Shown here in pieces: positions 31,048-40,009 of a stretch of 64,000 nucleotides of DNA (position 1 is the first letter of the stretch; the number at the start of each line of letters is the position of its first letter). Source of the DNA: an uncultured Lentisphaeraceae bacterium. Its GTDB lineage: Bacteria > Verrucomicrobiota > Kiritimatiellia > RFP12 > DVOR01. Position numbers and translations under genes: made by a program. The DNA lies in NCBI GenBank assembly GCA_949282555.1, contig CASDPK010000003.1:6865-70864 (forward strand), written 5' to 3'. Below the pieces are notes generated by a model, which searched no databases, was not told the DNA's origin, and saw nothing but the letters and a program-made list of their open reading frames with translations.

Positions 31048-31947
31048 TTATTGGAGGCGCAGTTGGGCGCCTTGGCGTTGCACGTGCATTTTGCGCACCA
31101 CCCAGGAGAGGTCGAGGCCGGAGACGAAGGCATTGGCCTGCTTCCCAAAGGCGTCGTCGTCATCGATCACCACCGCCACAATCGTGGGGCCCGCGCCGGA
31201 GATGTAAACGGACACGGCGTCGGTCTGCTCCACCGCGAACCGCATCACATCGGCACCCTGCGGAATGAGCTGGAGACGGTATTCCTGGTGGATACGATCC
31301 TTGCAACCGGCGCGGATGAGGCGAGGGTCGGCGCGCTCCAACCCTTCCAGCAGGATGGGGACGCGCGACAGATTGTAAATGCAGTCGGTCAGCGAATAGG
31401 TCTTCGGGAGCGCGGCGCGCGCGGCCTCGGTGGGCACGCGCACCTCGGGCATGAGCGCATAGAAGCTGATGCGGTCGCTGATCGGGTAGCGGTGCCAGTA
31501 GACCAAGCCGTCTTCCACGATGGCGGCCACGAATCCGCCGAGAATGGCCGGAGCGACGTTGTCGGGGTGCCCTTCGATGAGGGTGGCGGTGCGGAGGATT
31601 TGCTCGGTGTCCATCGAGAGATTGCCCAACGCATTGGCCGCCATCACCCCTGCCACAATGCAAGTGGAGCTGGATCCCAGGCCGGAGCAGACGGGCAGAT
31701 CGGTGTCGAAACCGATGCACAGGTTCGGGGCCAAGCGCCCGTGTTGGGCGAGCACCTGGGTGAGCGTGGTGTACAACAGGTTGTTTTCCGGGGCGGAGAA
31801 CTCCGGAAGGCAACCCTCAATCCGCAGACGCTCGGGGCAATCCGTGTCGAACGTGAAACGGTTGTACATATCGAACGCCAACCCCATGACGTCAAAGCCC
31901 GGGCCGACATTGGCGCTCGTCGCGGGCACCGAAATCTTGAACCTCAT
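31048..31947 (-). CDS. thrB: Homoserine kinase
   Basis: GHMP kinase motifs (PATSANVGPGFD, PxGSGLGSSS). RBS gagagga lies upstream. Confidence 0.88.
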   Translation of the reverse strand: MRFKISVPATSANVGPGFDVMGLAFDMYNRFTFDTDCPERLRIEGCLPEFSAPENNLLYTTLTQVLAQHGRLAPNLCIGFDTDLPVCSGLGSSSTCIVAGVMAANALGNLSMDTEQILRTATLIEGHPDNVAPAILGGFVAAIVEDGLVYWHRYPISDRISFYALMPEVRVPTEAARAALPKTYSLTDCIYNLSRVPILLEGLERADPRLIRAGCKDRIHQEYRLQLIPQGADVMRFAVEQTDAVSVYISGAGPTIVAVVIDDDDAFGKQANAFVSGLDLSWVVRKMHVQRQGAQLRLQ

Positions 31948-32075
31948 AACAATCCTCTCTTCGGCGATTATAGCACAAGCCAATGGCGCGCTTGTGCGGC
32001 TATTCCAGAATGGCCGACCAAATGACAAGGGGCGGCGCGGAGGTCGCGTCGCCCCTCTTTGATTCTGTTCAGACC

Positions 32076-32651
32076 TCAGCCGTTTTGGTGACGCTTGGCG
32101 GCGGCGAGGTTCTTCTCGTATTCGGACTTACAGCTGACGCAACGGATGGCGAAGGGCGCCGCCCGCAGACGATCGCGCGGGATGAGGCATCCGCACACCT
32201 GGCAGATGCCGTAAGTCTTGTTGTCGATGGCACGCAGGGCATCATCGATGGCGTGGAGGCGGGTGTGCTGTTCATCGGCACGGCTGAGATCCGCCGAGCG
32301 CGCGAAGGCGTTGGAACCATCCTCTTCCACGTTCTCCTCGTCCGCGCGGCGGAGCGCATCGGCGCGCGTGGCGCGGAGCTGGCGCAGGATGGCTTCCCGG
32401 TCGGCGAGGAGGCGTTTGCGGAAGTCCGCGAGGTCGGCGTCGCTGAAATGTTGCTCGCCATTTTTGGCGAAGCGGGGGCGCGGGCCGGAACTCTTTTTCC
32501 CAGAGGGACGCACCAAGTCGTACTTGGGGCGGATTGGCAAGGCAGATTCACCGGAAGCGGGAGTGCCTTTTTGCGGGGCAATTTCTTTGACCACCGGCGT
32601 TTGGGTGGCTTCTTGGGGGGCAACTTTCCCCAAGGGAGTTTTTTCAGTTAT
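32076..32651 (-). CDS. DksA/TraR-family C4 zinc-finger segment, in the -1 frame relative to the upstream KA-rich ORF
   Basis: C-terminal CQVCGCLIPRDRLRAAPFAIRCVSC, preceded by a coiled-coil (FRKRLLADREAILRQLR). No ATG or Shine-Dalgarno-supported start lies downstream of the A10 run. Confidence 0.55.
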   Translation of the reverse strand: MTEKTPLGKVAPQEATQTPVVKEIAPQKGTPASGESALPIRPKYDLVRPSGKKSSGPRPRFAKNGEQHFSDADLADFRKRLLADREAILRQLRATRADALRRADEENVEEDGSNAFARSADLSRADEQHTRLHAIDDALRAIDNKTYGICQVCGCLIPRDRLRAAPFAIRCVSCKSEYEKNLAAAKRHQNG

Positions 32652-33175
32652 TTTTTTTTTGAGGGCGTCTTTGCCTTGGGGGCCGCAGGCTTCTTTGCGG
32701 GGGCCTTTTTGGCGACGGCGGCTTTGACGGCCTTGGCAGGGGCCTTCTTCACAGGCGTGACCTTGGCCACGGCCTTTGCGGGCGCCTTCTTCGCTGCGGG
32801 GGCTTTGGCGACGGCGGCTTTGACGGCCTTGGCAGGGGCCTTCTTCACAGGCGTGGCCTTGGCCACGACCTTTGCGGGCGCCTTCTTCGCTGCGGGGGCT
32901 TTGGCGACCTTTGCAGGCGTCGTCTTCGCGGGCGTCTTCTTGGCGACGGCGGCCTTGACGGCCTTGACCGGAGTCTTCTTCGCAGGCGTGGCCTTGGCGG
33001 TAGCCTTGGTCGGAGCCTTCTTGGCGACAGCGGCCTTGACGGCCTTGGTGGGCGTCTTCTTCGCGGGGGTGACCTTGGTTACGGTCTTTGCGGGGGCCTT
33101 TTTGGCAGGCGTAGCCTTGGCCTTTTTCTTTGGGGCCGGTTGCTTTGCGGCCGGGGATTTTTTGGGAGTTGCCAT
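32648..33175 (-). CDS. Histone H1-like Lys/Ala-rich repeat protein (AlgP/Hc1-like), ending in an A10 tract plus TAA
   Basis: MATPKKSPAAKQPAPKKKAKATPAKKAPAK... with tandem AKKAPAK / KAVKAAVAKK repeats. The 3' end is TCA AAA AAA AAA TAA. Confidence 0.65.
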   Translation of the reverse strand: MATPKKSPAAKQPAPKKKAKATPAKKAPAKTVTKVTPAKKTPTKAVKAAVAKKAPTKATAKATPAKKTPVKAVKAAVAKKTPAKTTPAKVAKAPAAKKAPAKVVAKATPVKKAPAKAVKAAVAKAPAAKKAPAKAVAKVTPVKKAPAKAVKAAVAKKAPAKKPAAPKAKTPSKKK

Positions 33176-33562
33176 AACTGATTCCATCTCCTTGAAACTG
33201 CCAGAATACAGGGACGGAAGTGCCATCACGGCACGTATCCAAACCCTTGAGATGTCGGGTAATCTACCAAAAAGGCGCCTCAGAGGCAAGCACGCAAGTG
33301 CTCGGCCGTGATATGTCATAGTCCTGTGCACCGAAGCAAAAGAGGATGTGCATCCTATGCGTCAAATGAACGTGCGCCAAAGGATGACACATCACCCCTC
33401 CACTTCTTCCCCTTTCGGTGCACTTTCTATTTGACACATTACGATTGTAAGGGGGTGCGGACAAGAGAATGCAGGGAAAGAAGGAAGGGGGAAAGGATGA
33501 TGGCGACGTGCGGTTTTGGGCTATCATACAGGCATGGTAAGAGTGGCACGAGGGAGGACACG

Positions 33563-34819
33563 ATGAACAGACGTTCGTTTTTCAAGTTGGGCATGGCCTT
33601 CGCGGCAACGGCGGGTGTAGCGCGAGGCATTGATTTGCCGGGAGCGGGGCCGAAGGCGCCAAAACCGATGAATAACCCCATTTGGCTGATGACATCGGCC
33701 TTCGCGGGGGACAGGACGTTGGACGCGGTGTTGGCGCGGGCGAAGAGCGTGGGGGCGCAGGGGCTGGAGTTGTGCGTCTTCCGGCGCGACACGGATCGTG
33801 CGGACCACATCGCAACGCACTTGGATTATGAGACCTTCGATTTGGAGGCGGCCAAGCGGGTGGTTGCGAAGTGCAACGCCGCAGGGCTACGCATTTCCGT
33901 TGGGGCCTATGACAATCTCATTGGGGCCAAGACACCGGCGCTTCAGACCGTCAACCAGAACCATTTGCTGAAGTTGATCCGCATCGCGGCGTTGCTGGGA
34001 GGCGATGCGAACGATGTGGTATGCGGCACGTTCGTGGGTTACGACCGCACACTGGGGCTGCAGGATCGGGGCTTCGAGAAGAATCTGCGGAAGTTCAAGC
34101 GCGTCTTCCAACCCATCCTGAATTATGCCAAGAGCGTGGGGGTGACGGTGTGCGTGGAGAACTGCCCGATGGAGGGGTGGCAACCGGCAACGGCGCCGGA
34201 CGCTTACAATAATCTGCCGGGTTGCTTGGCGGCGCGCAAACTGATGTACGCGATTTTGGATGATGCCTCGGCCTTGCAGGAAACGTATGACCCATCGCAC
34301 GACATTTGGCAACACATCGACCCGTGCGACGTGCTTGAGGCGATGGACTTCAAGCGCCTGCGTCGCGTCCATATCAAGGGCACGCGCAACTTCCCGAAGA
34401 GCGCGGACGCCATCCACTGGGGGCGCCTCTATCCGGAGCAGGTGGTCGACCCCGCGCTCGCCGCGAAGGCTGGGGTGCCGATTGCCGAGAACGAGTGGGC
34501 GCGCATGAACTACGAACCACGCTTGCCGGGTTTCGGCGGCAGTGATTCCTGCGATTGGACAAGGTTCCTGCAAACGCTGATGGTCAAGGGCTTCAAGTAT
34601 CCCTTCGTCATCGAGAACGAGGCGTGCAACTCGTCCCACACAGGCAACTTGGGCGCAACGCTGCAGGGCTTCCGCGCGACGATTCTCAACACGGCGCCGG
34701 TGGTGTGGCCGTTGGGTGCGAATGGCTACGCTTTTGACGCATCGGCGCTCAAGCCAATGGTCGCGGCGGACAGGGAGCTACCCGTGGTCACGATGAAGAT
34801 GCTCGGCGTAGAGGCGTAA
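33563..34819 (+). CDS. Tat-exported sugar phosphate isomerase/epimerase (xylose-isomerase-like TIM barrel)
   Basis: Twin-arginine signal MNRRSFFKLGMAFAATAGVA. TIM-barrel metal-binding pattern. RBS agggagga lies upstream. Confidence 0.7.
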   Translation: MNRRSFFKLGMAFAATAGVARGIDLPGAGPKAPKPMNNPIWLMTSAFAGDRTLDAVLARAKSVGAQGLELCVFRRDTDRADHIATHLDYETFDLEAAKRVVAKCNAAGLRISVGAYDNLIGAKTPALQTVNQNHLLKLIRIAALLGGDANDVVCGTFVGYDRTLGLQDRGFEKNLRKFKRVFQPILNYAKSVGVTVCVENCPMEGWQPATAPDAYNNLPGCLAARKLMYAILDDASALQETYDPSHDIWQHIDPCDVLEAMDFKRLRRVHIKGTRNFPKSADAIHWGRLYPEQVVDPALAAKAGVPIAENEWARMNYEPRLPGFGGSDSCDWTRFLQTLMVKGFKYPFVIENEACNSSHTGNLGATLQGFRATILNTAPVVWPLGANGYAFDASALKPMVAADRELPVVTMKMLGVEA

Positions 34820-35005
34820 AGAGAGGCGTGGAGGCGTGGTTTCCTCACGGGGACTTTGTGGTCTGCGGCCGGCGGGGGGGGCTTTCGGGCACCCGCCTCA
34901 CACGCCGGCGAACCCACCCTTCCAACGCCCAGACCTCCACACTCCCAAACCTTCACGCTTCCAAATTTCCTTTTCACATCACACGAAAGGTAAGGTGCAG
35001 AACCC

Positions 35006-35980
35006 ATGAAGATGTCCAGACGAGAGTTCCTCGGCGCGTTGGCGCTGACGGCAGTGGCGGGCTGTTGCCCTGGTTGCGACAAAGGCAAAGAGGTGGGGCA
35101 ACTGGGTCTCCAGCTCTATTCGCTGAGAACCTATATTGGCGGCGACGCAGGGCGTGGCCTCAAGGGCGTTGGCCTCGCGCAGTGCCTCAAAGACGTCGCG
35201 GCGCTCGGCTTCAAAGGCGTGGAGTTCGCCGGCTACTATGGCAACAACCCGCAAACGCTCAAGGCGATGCTCGCCGACGCGGGGCTGCAGGTCTGCGGCA
35301 CGCACGTCTCGAACAACCAATACGGCTTCAACACCAAAGACTTCTCCTACAACCCGGAGGTGCTGAAGCGAACGGCCGACTTTGAGCTGGCCTACGGCAA
35401 CACGCTCCTGATTTGCCCCGGCGGCGGCAACATCCCGCCCGGTTGCAGCTGGTCCACCGGCCAAGGCGGCGTGCCCTGCAAGCCCTCGCAGGCCATCGAC
35501 GACTTCACGAAGCGGCTGGTCGAGCTCTACAACAAGGCCGCCGCCGACGCCACGAAACTCGGCGTCAAGATTGGCCTGCACAACCACACGTGGGAGCACG
35601 GCATCCTCATGCAGAGCGGTTGCTCCTTCTGGGATTACTTCTTCTCGAATACCGACCCCGCCGTCTGCATGGAGCAGGATGTCGGCTGGACGACCTGCGC
35701 GGGCGTGGACCCGAAGGTTCAGTATAAGAAGTATCCGCATCGCTCCCCGACCCTCCACGCCAAGGAAAACGGCATGGGCAAGGGCGTGAAGACCTTCGAC
35801 GCCATTCTCGGGCAACCGGGGCAACCAGGCGCCACACCGGTGGATTGGGATGGCCTCTTCGCCGTGACGGATGCCGATGGCGTGGCGTGGTATGTGGTTG
35901 AGTGCGAGCGCCACTTCGACGACATCAACGGTGCCGTGAAGCCCTCCATTGAGTTCCTGAAGTCCAAGGGGCGCGTCTGA
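35006..35980 (+). CDS. Tat-exported sugar phosphate isomerase/epimerase (xylose-isomerase-like TIM barrel), paralog
   Basis: Signal MKMSRREFLGALALTAVAGCC, followed by a TIM-barrel region (...GLHNHTWEHG...). Confidence 0.7.
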   Translation: MKMSRREFLGALALTAVAGCCPGCDKGKEVGQLGLQLYSLRTYIGGDAGRGLKGVGLAQCLKDVAALGFKGVEFAGYYGNNPQTLKAMLADAGLQVCGTHVSNNQYGFNTKDFSYNPEVLKRTADFELAYGNTLLICPGGGNIPPGCSWSTGQGGVPCKPSQAIDDFTKRLVELYNKAAADATKLGVKIGLHNHTWEHGILMQSGCSFWDYFFSNTDPAVCMEQDVGWTTCAGVDPKVQYKKYPHRSPTLHAKENGMGKGVKTFDAILGQPGQPGATPVDWDGLFAVTDADGVAWYVVECERHFDDINGAVKPSIEFLKSKGRV

Positions 35981-36027
35981 GCCGCGCGCCCTCTCTTGTG
36001 TGGTGAATGGCGAAGAAAGGAAATGGT

Positions 36028-37587
36028 ATGAAACTGAATCGCAGAGGATTTCTGATTGGCAGTGCCGGCGTGGCCGCCGTGACGTCGCTCGCGGGGTGTG
36101 TCACGCGCAAGGTGTGTGGGCCGCGCGCGCTGGCCCCCGGCGAAAAGGCCAACGTGGCCATCATTGGCATGGGCATTCAAGGGCGCACGGCACTCCTGCC
36201 GCAATTCTTGGCGCAGTATGACCGCGGCGCCAAAGTGGTCGCGTGCTGCGATTGCGACAAGACCCGCCGCGAGGATGGCGCCAAGCGGGTGGATGCCTTC
36301 TACGCCAAGAAAGGCATCGCGAGCGCTTGCAAGGCCGTGGCCGACTTCCGCGACATTCTCAAGGATCCAATGATCGACATGGTTTGCATCGCCACGCCGG
36401 ACCACTGGCACGCCTACATGTCCGTGGAGGCCATGAAGGCCGGCAAGGACGTCTATTGCGAGAAGCCGCTGACCTTCACGATTGACGAGGCACGCAAGGT
36501 CATCGCCGCACAAGAGAAGTATGGCCGCATCTTCCAAACCGGCTCGATGCAGCGCTCGTGGCCCGTCTTCCGCACGGCGGTCATGCTCGTGCGCAACGGC
36601 ATCATCGGTGACCTCCGCTACGTGGACGCCAACTATGGCAACAACGGCCAGAAGTTGGGCGGTCCCTCGCACCCCATGCGCTTTTTCGACGACCCGGCCA
36701 ACGCCGCCAAGGAAAGCGAAGGCTACGCGCAGCTCGGCCAGGCCGGCTGGGACATGTGGCTTGGCCCCGCCAAGTGGCGGCCCTATTCCAACCAGCTTGC
36801 ACCCGTGGGCGTGAACACCTTCTACCCGATGTTTTGGCGCTTCGACGATGACCTCGCCCTCGGCTACAACGGCGACTGGGGCGCCCACCACCTCGATATC
36901 GCCCAGTGGGGCATGGACATGGACAAGAGTGGCCCCTACAAAATCATCCGCTCCAACGAGCCCCACTCCACCAACCTCTACCACGGCGGCCGCCGACAGT
37001 TCGGCATGAAGATGCTCTTCAAGAAGCCCGACGGCTCCGACATTGAGCTCTACCACGGCCCCTTTGGCACCTGGGGCACCGTCTTCTATGGCACCAAGGG
37101 CATCGTGGCCGTCAATCGCGGCAAAATTGCCGTCTGGGAAGGCTCAACCACCACCCCCACCGCCGAGCTCCGCGCCGCGCTCTCCGACATGCGCCCCATC
37201 GACGGCCTTGCCGTCGTTGCCGCCTTCGTCGGCAAAGACTACGGCACCGACTCCACCGACAAGAAGGACGCCAACCTAGACGCCACCCTAAACACGCTCA
37301 TCGCGAAGTACGACCTCGACCATGCCAAGGTGCAACTCTACAAGAGTCCCAACCAAGTGCAAAACTTCGTTGAGTGCTACTTCACCCGCCGTCCCACCAT
37401 CTCCCCCGCCGAAGTCGGCGGCCGGGGCGCCATCCTCTGCGGCCTCTGCAACATAAGCTATGTCTACGACACCGGCTTTGCCTGGGATCCGGTCAAGATG
37501 GACTTCCCCGAAGGTTGCGCCTGCCGCAAGATGGGCCTCTCCCTCAAGCGCGAAACCTACCGCAACGGCTGGGACATCATCGTCTAA
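36028..37587 (+). CDS. Tat-exported Gfo/Idh/MocA-family oxidoreductase
   Basis: MKLNRRGFLIGSAGVAAV Tat signal. Rossmann GxGxxG (IIGMGIQG). EKP motif. An alternative ATG lies at 36007. Confidence 0.8.
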   Translation: MKLNRRGFLIGSAGVAAVTSLAGCVTRKVCGPRALAPGEKANVAIIGMGIQGRTALLPQFLAQYDRGAKVVACCDCDKTRREDGAKRVDAFYAKKGIASACKAVADFRDILKDPMIDMVCIATPDHWHAYMSVEAMKAGKDVYCEKPLTFTIDEARKVIAAQEKYGRIFQTGSMQRSWPVFRTAVMLVRNGIIGDLRYVDANYGNNGQKLGGPSHPMRFFDDPANAAKESEGYAQLGQAGWDMWLGPAKWRPYSNQLAPVGVNTFYPMFWRFDDDLALGYNGDWGAHHLDIAQWGMDMDKSGPYKIIRSNEPHSTNLYHGGRRQFGMKMLFKKPDGSDIELYHGPFGTWGTVFYGTKGIVAVNRGKIAVWEGSTTTPTAELRAALSDMRPIDGLAVVAAFVGKDYGTDSTDKKDANLDATLNTLIAKYDLDHAKVQLYKSPNQVQNFVECYFTRRPTISPAEVGGRGAILCGLCNISYVYDTGFAWDPVKMDFPEGCACRKMGLSLKRETYRNGWDIIV

Positions 37588-37604
37588 GCGTGAGTGACAC
37601 AGGA

Positions 37605-37645
37605 ACACCGCGAAGCCTCGCCCCAGAGGCTTCGCGGTGTTTTTA
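37605..37645 (+). terminator. Intrinsic terminator after the oxidoreductase gene
   Basis: Perfect 14-bp stem acaccgcgaagcct/aggcttcgcggtgt followed by TTTT. Confidence 0.85.
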
Positions 37646-37957
37646 TGTCATCCGCCCTCCGAGCCTACGTGCCGCCGAAGACACCCCTCCCGCACAGCGC
37701 CAAACATAACAGAAAAGGTTCCCCGCGAGGCGTACCCGGAAGAGGATGCCTTTTGCATAATATGACGCAACAGGCCGTCAGAGGGGGAGAAGGCCGAAGT
37801 AACGGGAGGGGCTTCCCTTCCGCCGATACGGAGCCTTTCGAGGCGACGTACGGGCGAGGGTGCCTTTTGGGGTACGTCTCCCTTTGGGACGCGCACTCGC
37901 TTATCGCGTATGTTCGCAATTTACGCTTGCCGTCCCAGTGGGGCGTTTCTTTCGGCT

Positions 37958-39844
37958 TTAGGGGTTCGGCTCCGCGGTCACGGAAATGAAACCTTCCTTC
38001 GCGGGTGCGTTGAGGCGCAGAGCCATGCGGCGGGGCGTTTTGGCCTGCCACTTGGCCCCCATGGGTGAACCCTTGACCACGGTCTCAACAAGGCTCCAAG
38101 GCGCGGAGGCTCGGACGCGGAACGTGATGCTTTTCCCCTCAAAGGCAAAGCGCAGATGGTCGGCGTCGATGCGTTCACAGGTGCCCCAAGTGGTGAGGGC
38201 CGTCTCAAAGGGTTTGGGTTCGGCGAAGGCGAAGGTGTCGGTGAGGGTGAGGCGGGCGGAGTCCTTCACAGGCTCCCAGAGAAACTCGCGTGTGAGGCGC
38301 GTGAGACCGGCGGAAGGGTAGGCGGGGGCAAGATCGAGGGTGAGGCGGTCCCGAGCGGGGGAGAAGTCGGCCGTCAGAACCTTGGCGGCGGCTTTGCGGC
38401 CGGCGGCTTGCAGTGTGTCGGCGGGGCGGGGGACGGGATGGCCGTAGGAATTCAGGAGCTCCCCTTCGTAACGGCGGGCCGAGAAGGTTCTGGAGGTGTA
38501 TTCTTCGCCGCCGAGATCGGTGACAACGGGGATGCCGTCTTGGGTCAGCATGAGGGTGCCGCAGTCATTGTGGTTGTGGGGGACGCCATTGTCGCCGCCC
38601 ATGGCCATGAGGCAACGGCGAGGCGTGCGGGCGATGAGAATCTGCGCATCGGGGAACCACGTTCTGGGAGGAAGCGCCATGGGGGGCGTTTGGGTGGCGG
38701 AAGCCGGCAGGGTGGCGGGGTCGAAAACGAAGGATTCCGGGAAATCCAGCCTGCCGGAGATCTCCGGGTGTTTACGTGCGGGCAGACCGAGGCGGGCGCC
38801 AAGCCAACTCTCCAAAAAGATGCTTGCGGAAGCATCCATATTCGCATCCGCCACGACGGGGAAAAGGTTTCCGCACAGACGGGAGGAGGGGGTGGCTTGG
38901 GCAGGTCGGCGGACTTCGGGCCAAAGGAGCCAATCCTCCCGCCCATGGGTGGCCCGGCGGACGGTTTCGCAGAGAAGGGCAAAGTGCCCAAAGCCGTAAG
39001 ACCAATAGCCCACGCCTTCCCCCGTCCATCCATCGGCAAAAAAGCCTTGGAGGAATCGGCGCACGAGAACGCTGGCCGAGCCGACGACGAGCGCGCGCTC
39101 ATCGGAGGTCAGACCGGGCAAGGCGAGCGCGGCGCCAACGACACCGGCGTGACAGACGGGATTCCAGTTCGCGTCCGAGAGCGCCCACCAATTGTTGTAA
39201 TCGCCGGTGCGCGCCATCGTCAGGTAAGGATCGATGACGCGGGCACGGACGGTGGCAATGCCCTTTTCGCGTGTTTCGGGGGGGAGCGCATCGCCGAAGC
39301 TGGCCAGCAATTCGGCCACGCGCCACCCGTAGACGGATGAGGCAAGGTCAATCGTGATTCGGCGCCCCTCAACGTTGTGAAGCCCAATGTCATGCGCGGA
39401 GAGCACCCAGGTGGGATCGGCACAAAGGGCCTGGAGCGTTTCTGAAATCGCGGACAGGAAGCGTCCCTTTCCCTCAAGCAGTTCGGCCTGCGCCAAGGTG
39501 TCGAGACGGCGCCAACGGGCATTGTTCGCATTTTGGAAGCGGGAGCGATCGCCGTTGCGCGTGAAATCATAAAAACGTTCAAGCGGAAAGGGGGCCATGG
39601 GCTCGCGGAGGAGACGTTCGGCTCGGCGGGTGATTTTCCCAATGTCAATTTCCCGCGCCTTCGCCAATTTGGCCCAGGCCGCACGATCGGCATAGGGCGG
39701 AAGCAGACGTGCGCCGTCCTTGGGAAGTCGCGAGGCCATCGCGGCCGCGGCCGGGGCGACCTTGGGGAATTCGCCTGGGGTTCGGGCGGGCAGGGATGAG
39801 AATGCAAGTGTCGCGAGCAACACGGGAAGAAGCAAGGGACGCAT
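37958..39844 (-). CDS. Secreted heparinase II/III-like polysaccharide lyase
   Basis: Signal peptide MRPLLLPVLLATLAFSSLPA. Heparinase II/III signature (HNHNDCG). Alpha/alpha-toroid N-terminal part. RBS aaagga lies upstream. Confidence 0.75.
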   Translation of the reverse strand: MRPLLLPVLLATLAFSSLPARTPGEFPKVAPAAAAMASRLPKDGARLLPPYADRAAWAKLAKAREIDIGKITRRAERLLREPMAPFPLERFYDFTRNGDRSRFQNANNARWRRLDTLAQAELLEGKGRFLSAISETLQALCADPTWVLSAHDIGLHNVEGRRITIDLASSVYGWRVAELLASFGDALPPETREKGIATVRARVIDPYLTMARTGDYNNWWALSDANWNPVCHAGVVGAALALPGLTSDERALVVGSASVLVRRFLQGFFADGWTGEGVGYWSYGFGHFALLCETVRRATHGREDWLLWPEVRRPAQATPSSRLCGNLFPVVADANMDASASIFLESWLGARLGLPARKHPEISGRLDFPESFVFDPATLPASATQTPPMALPPRTWFPDAQILIARTPRRCLMAMGGDNGVPHNHNDCGTLMLTQDGIPVVTDLGGEEYTSRTFSARRYEGELLNSYGHPVPRPADTLQAAGRKAAAKVLTADFSPARDRLTLDLAPAYPSAGLTRLTREFLWEPVKDSARLTLTDTFAFAEPKPFETALTTWGTCERIDADHLRFAFEGKSITFRVRASAPWSLVETVVKGSPMGAKWQAKTPRRMALRLNAPAKEGFISVTAEPNP

Positions 39845-39909
39845 GACCAAATTCCTTTCTTCTTTCAGTAAAACACGCTGAAAGAGAATGCACAAGGCGA
39901 AAGTCGACT

Positions 39910-39948
39910 TTGCGTTTGGGTGCGACTTTCAGGCGCACCCAAACGCAA
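39910..39948. promoter_or_regulatory. Perfect 15-bp inverted repeat upstream of the heparinase-like gene
   Basis: TTGCGTTTGGGTGCG-actttcagg-CGCACCCAAACGCAA, about 65 nt upstream of ATG 39844. Confidence 0.5.
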
Positions 39949-39952
39949 CAAC

Positions 39953-39982
39953 AAAAAAGGCCCCGCCACAATGGGCGGGGCC
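39953..39982 (-). terminator. Intrinsic terminator of glgP
   Basis: GGCCCCGCC-acaatg-GGCGGGGCC with a T-run on the minus strand. Confidence 0.8.
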
Positions 39983-40009
39983 TGAAACATTCGCATGCAC
40001 CGATGCGCG

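Noticed and set aside
32650-33175. Tandem short repeats, checked as a possible CRISPR array
   Set aside because: The repeats are in-frame coding repeats (AKKAPAK/KAVKAAVAKK) of a histone-H1-like protein. They lack the fixed-length spacer architecture of CRISPR and there are no cas genes nearby.
36007-36027. Earlier ATG (36007) as start of the Gfo/Idh/MocA gene, and GTG 47073 for the rluA-family gene
   Set aside because: The downstream ATGs (36028 and 47109) have properly spaced Shine-Dalgarno sequences. The upstream candidates have none. Uncertainty remains.
35719-37056. 445-aa minus-strand ORF, and 578-aa plus-strand ORF at 42999..44735
   Set aside because: They are antisense to the Gfo/Idh/MocA oxidoreductase and rpoD respectively. 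They are low-complexity GC artefacts.
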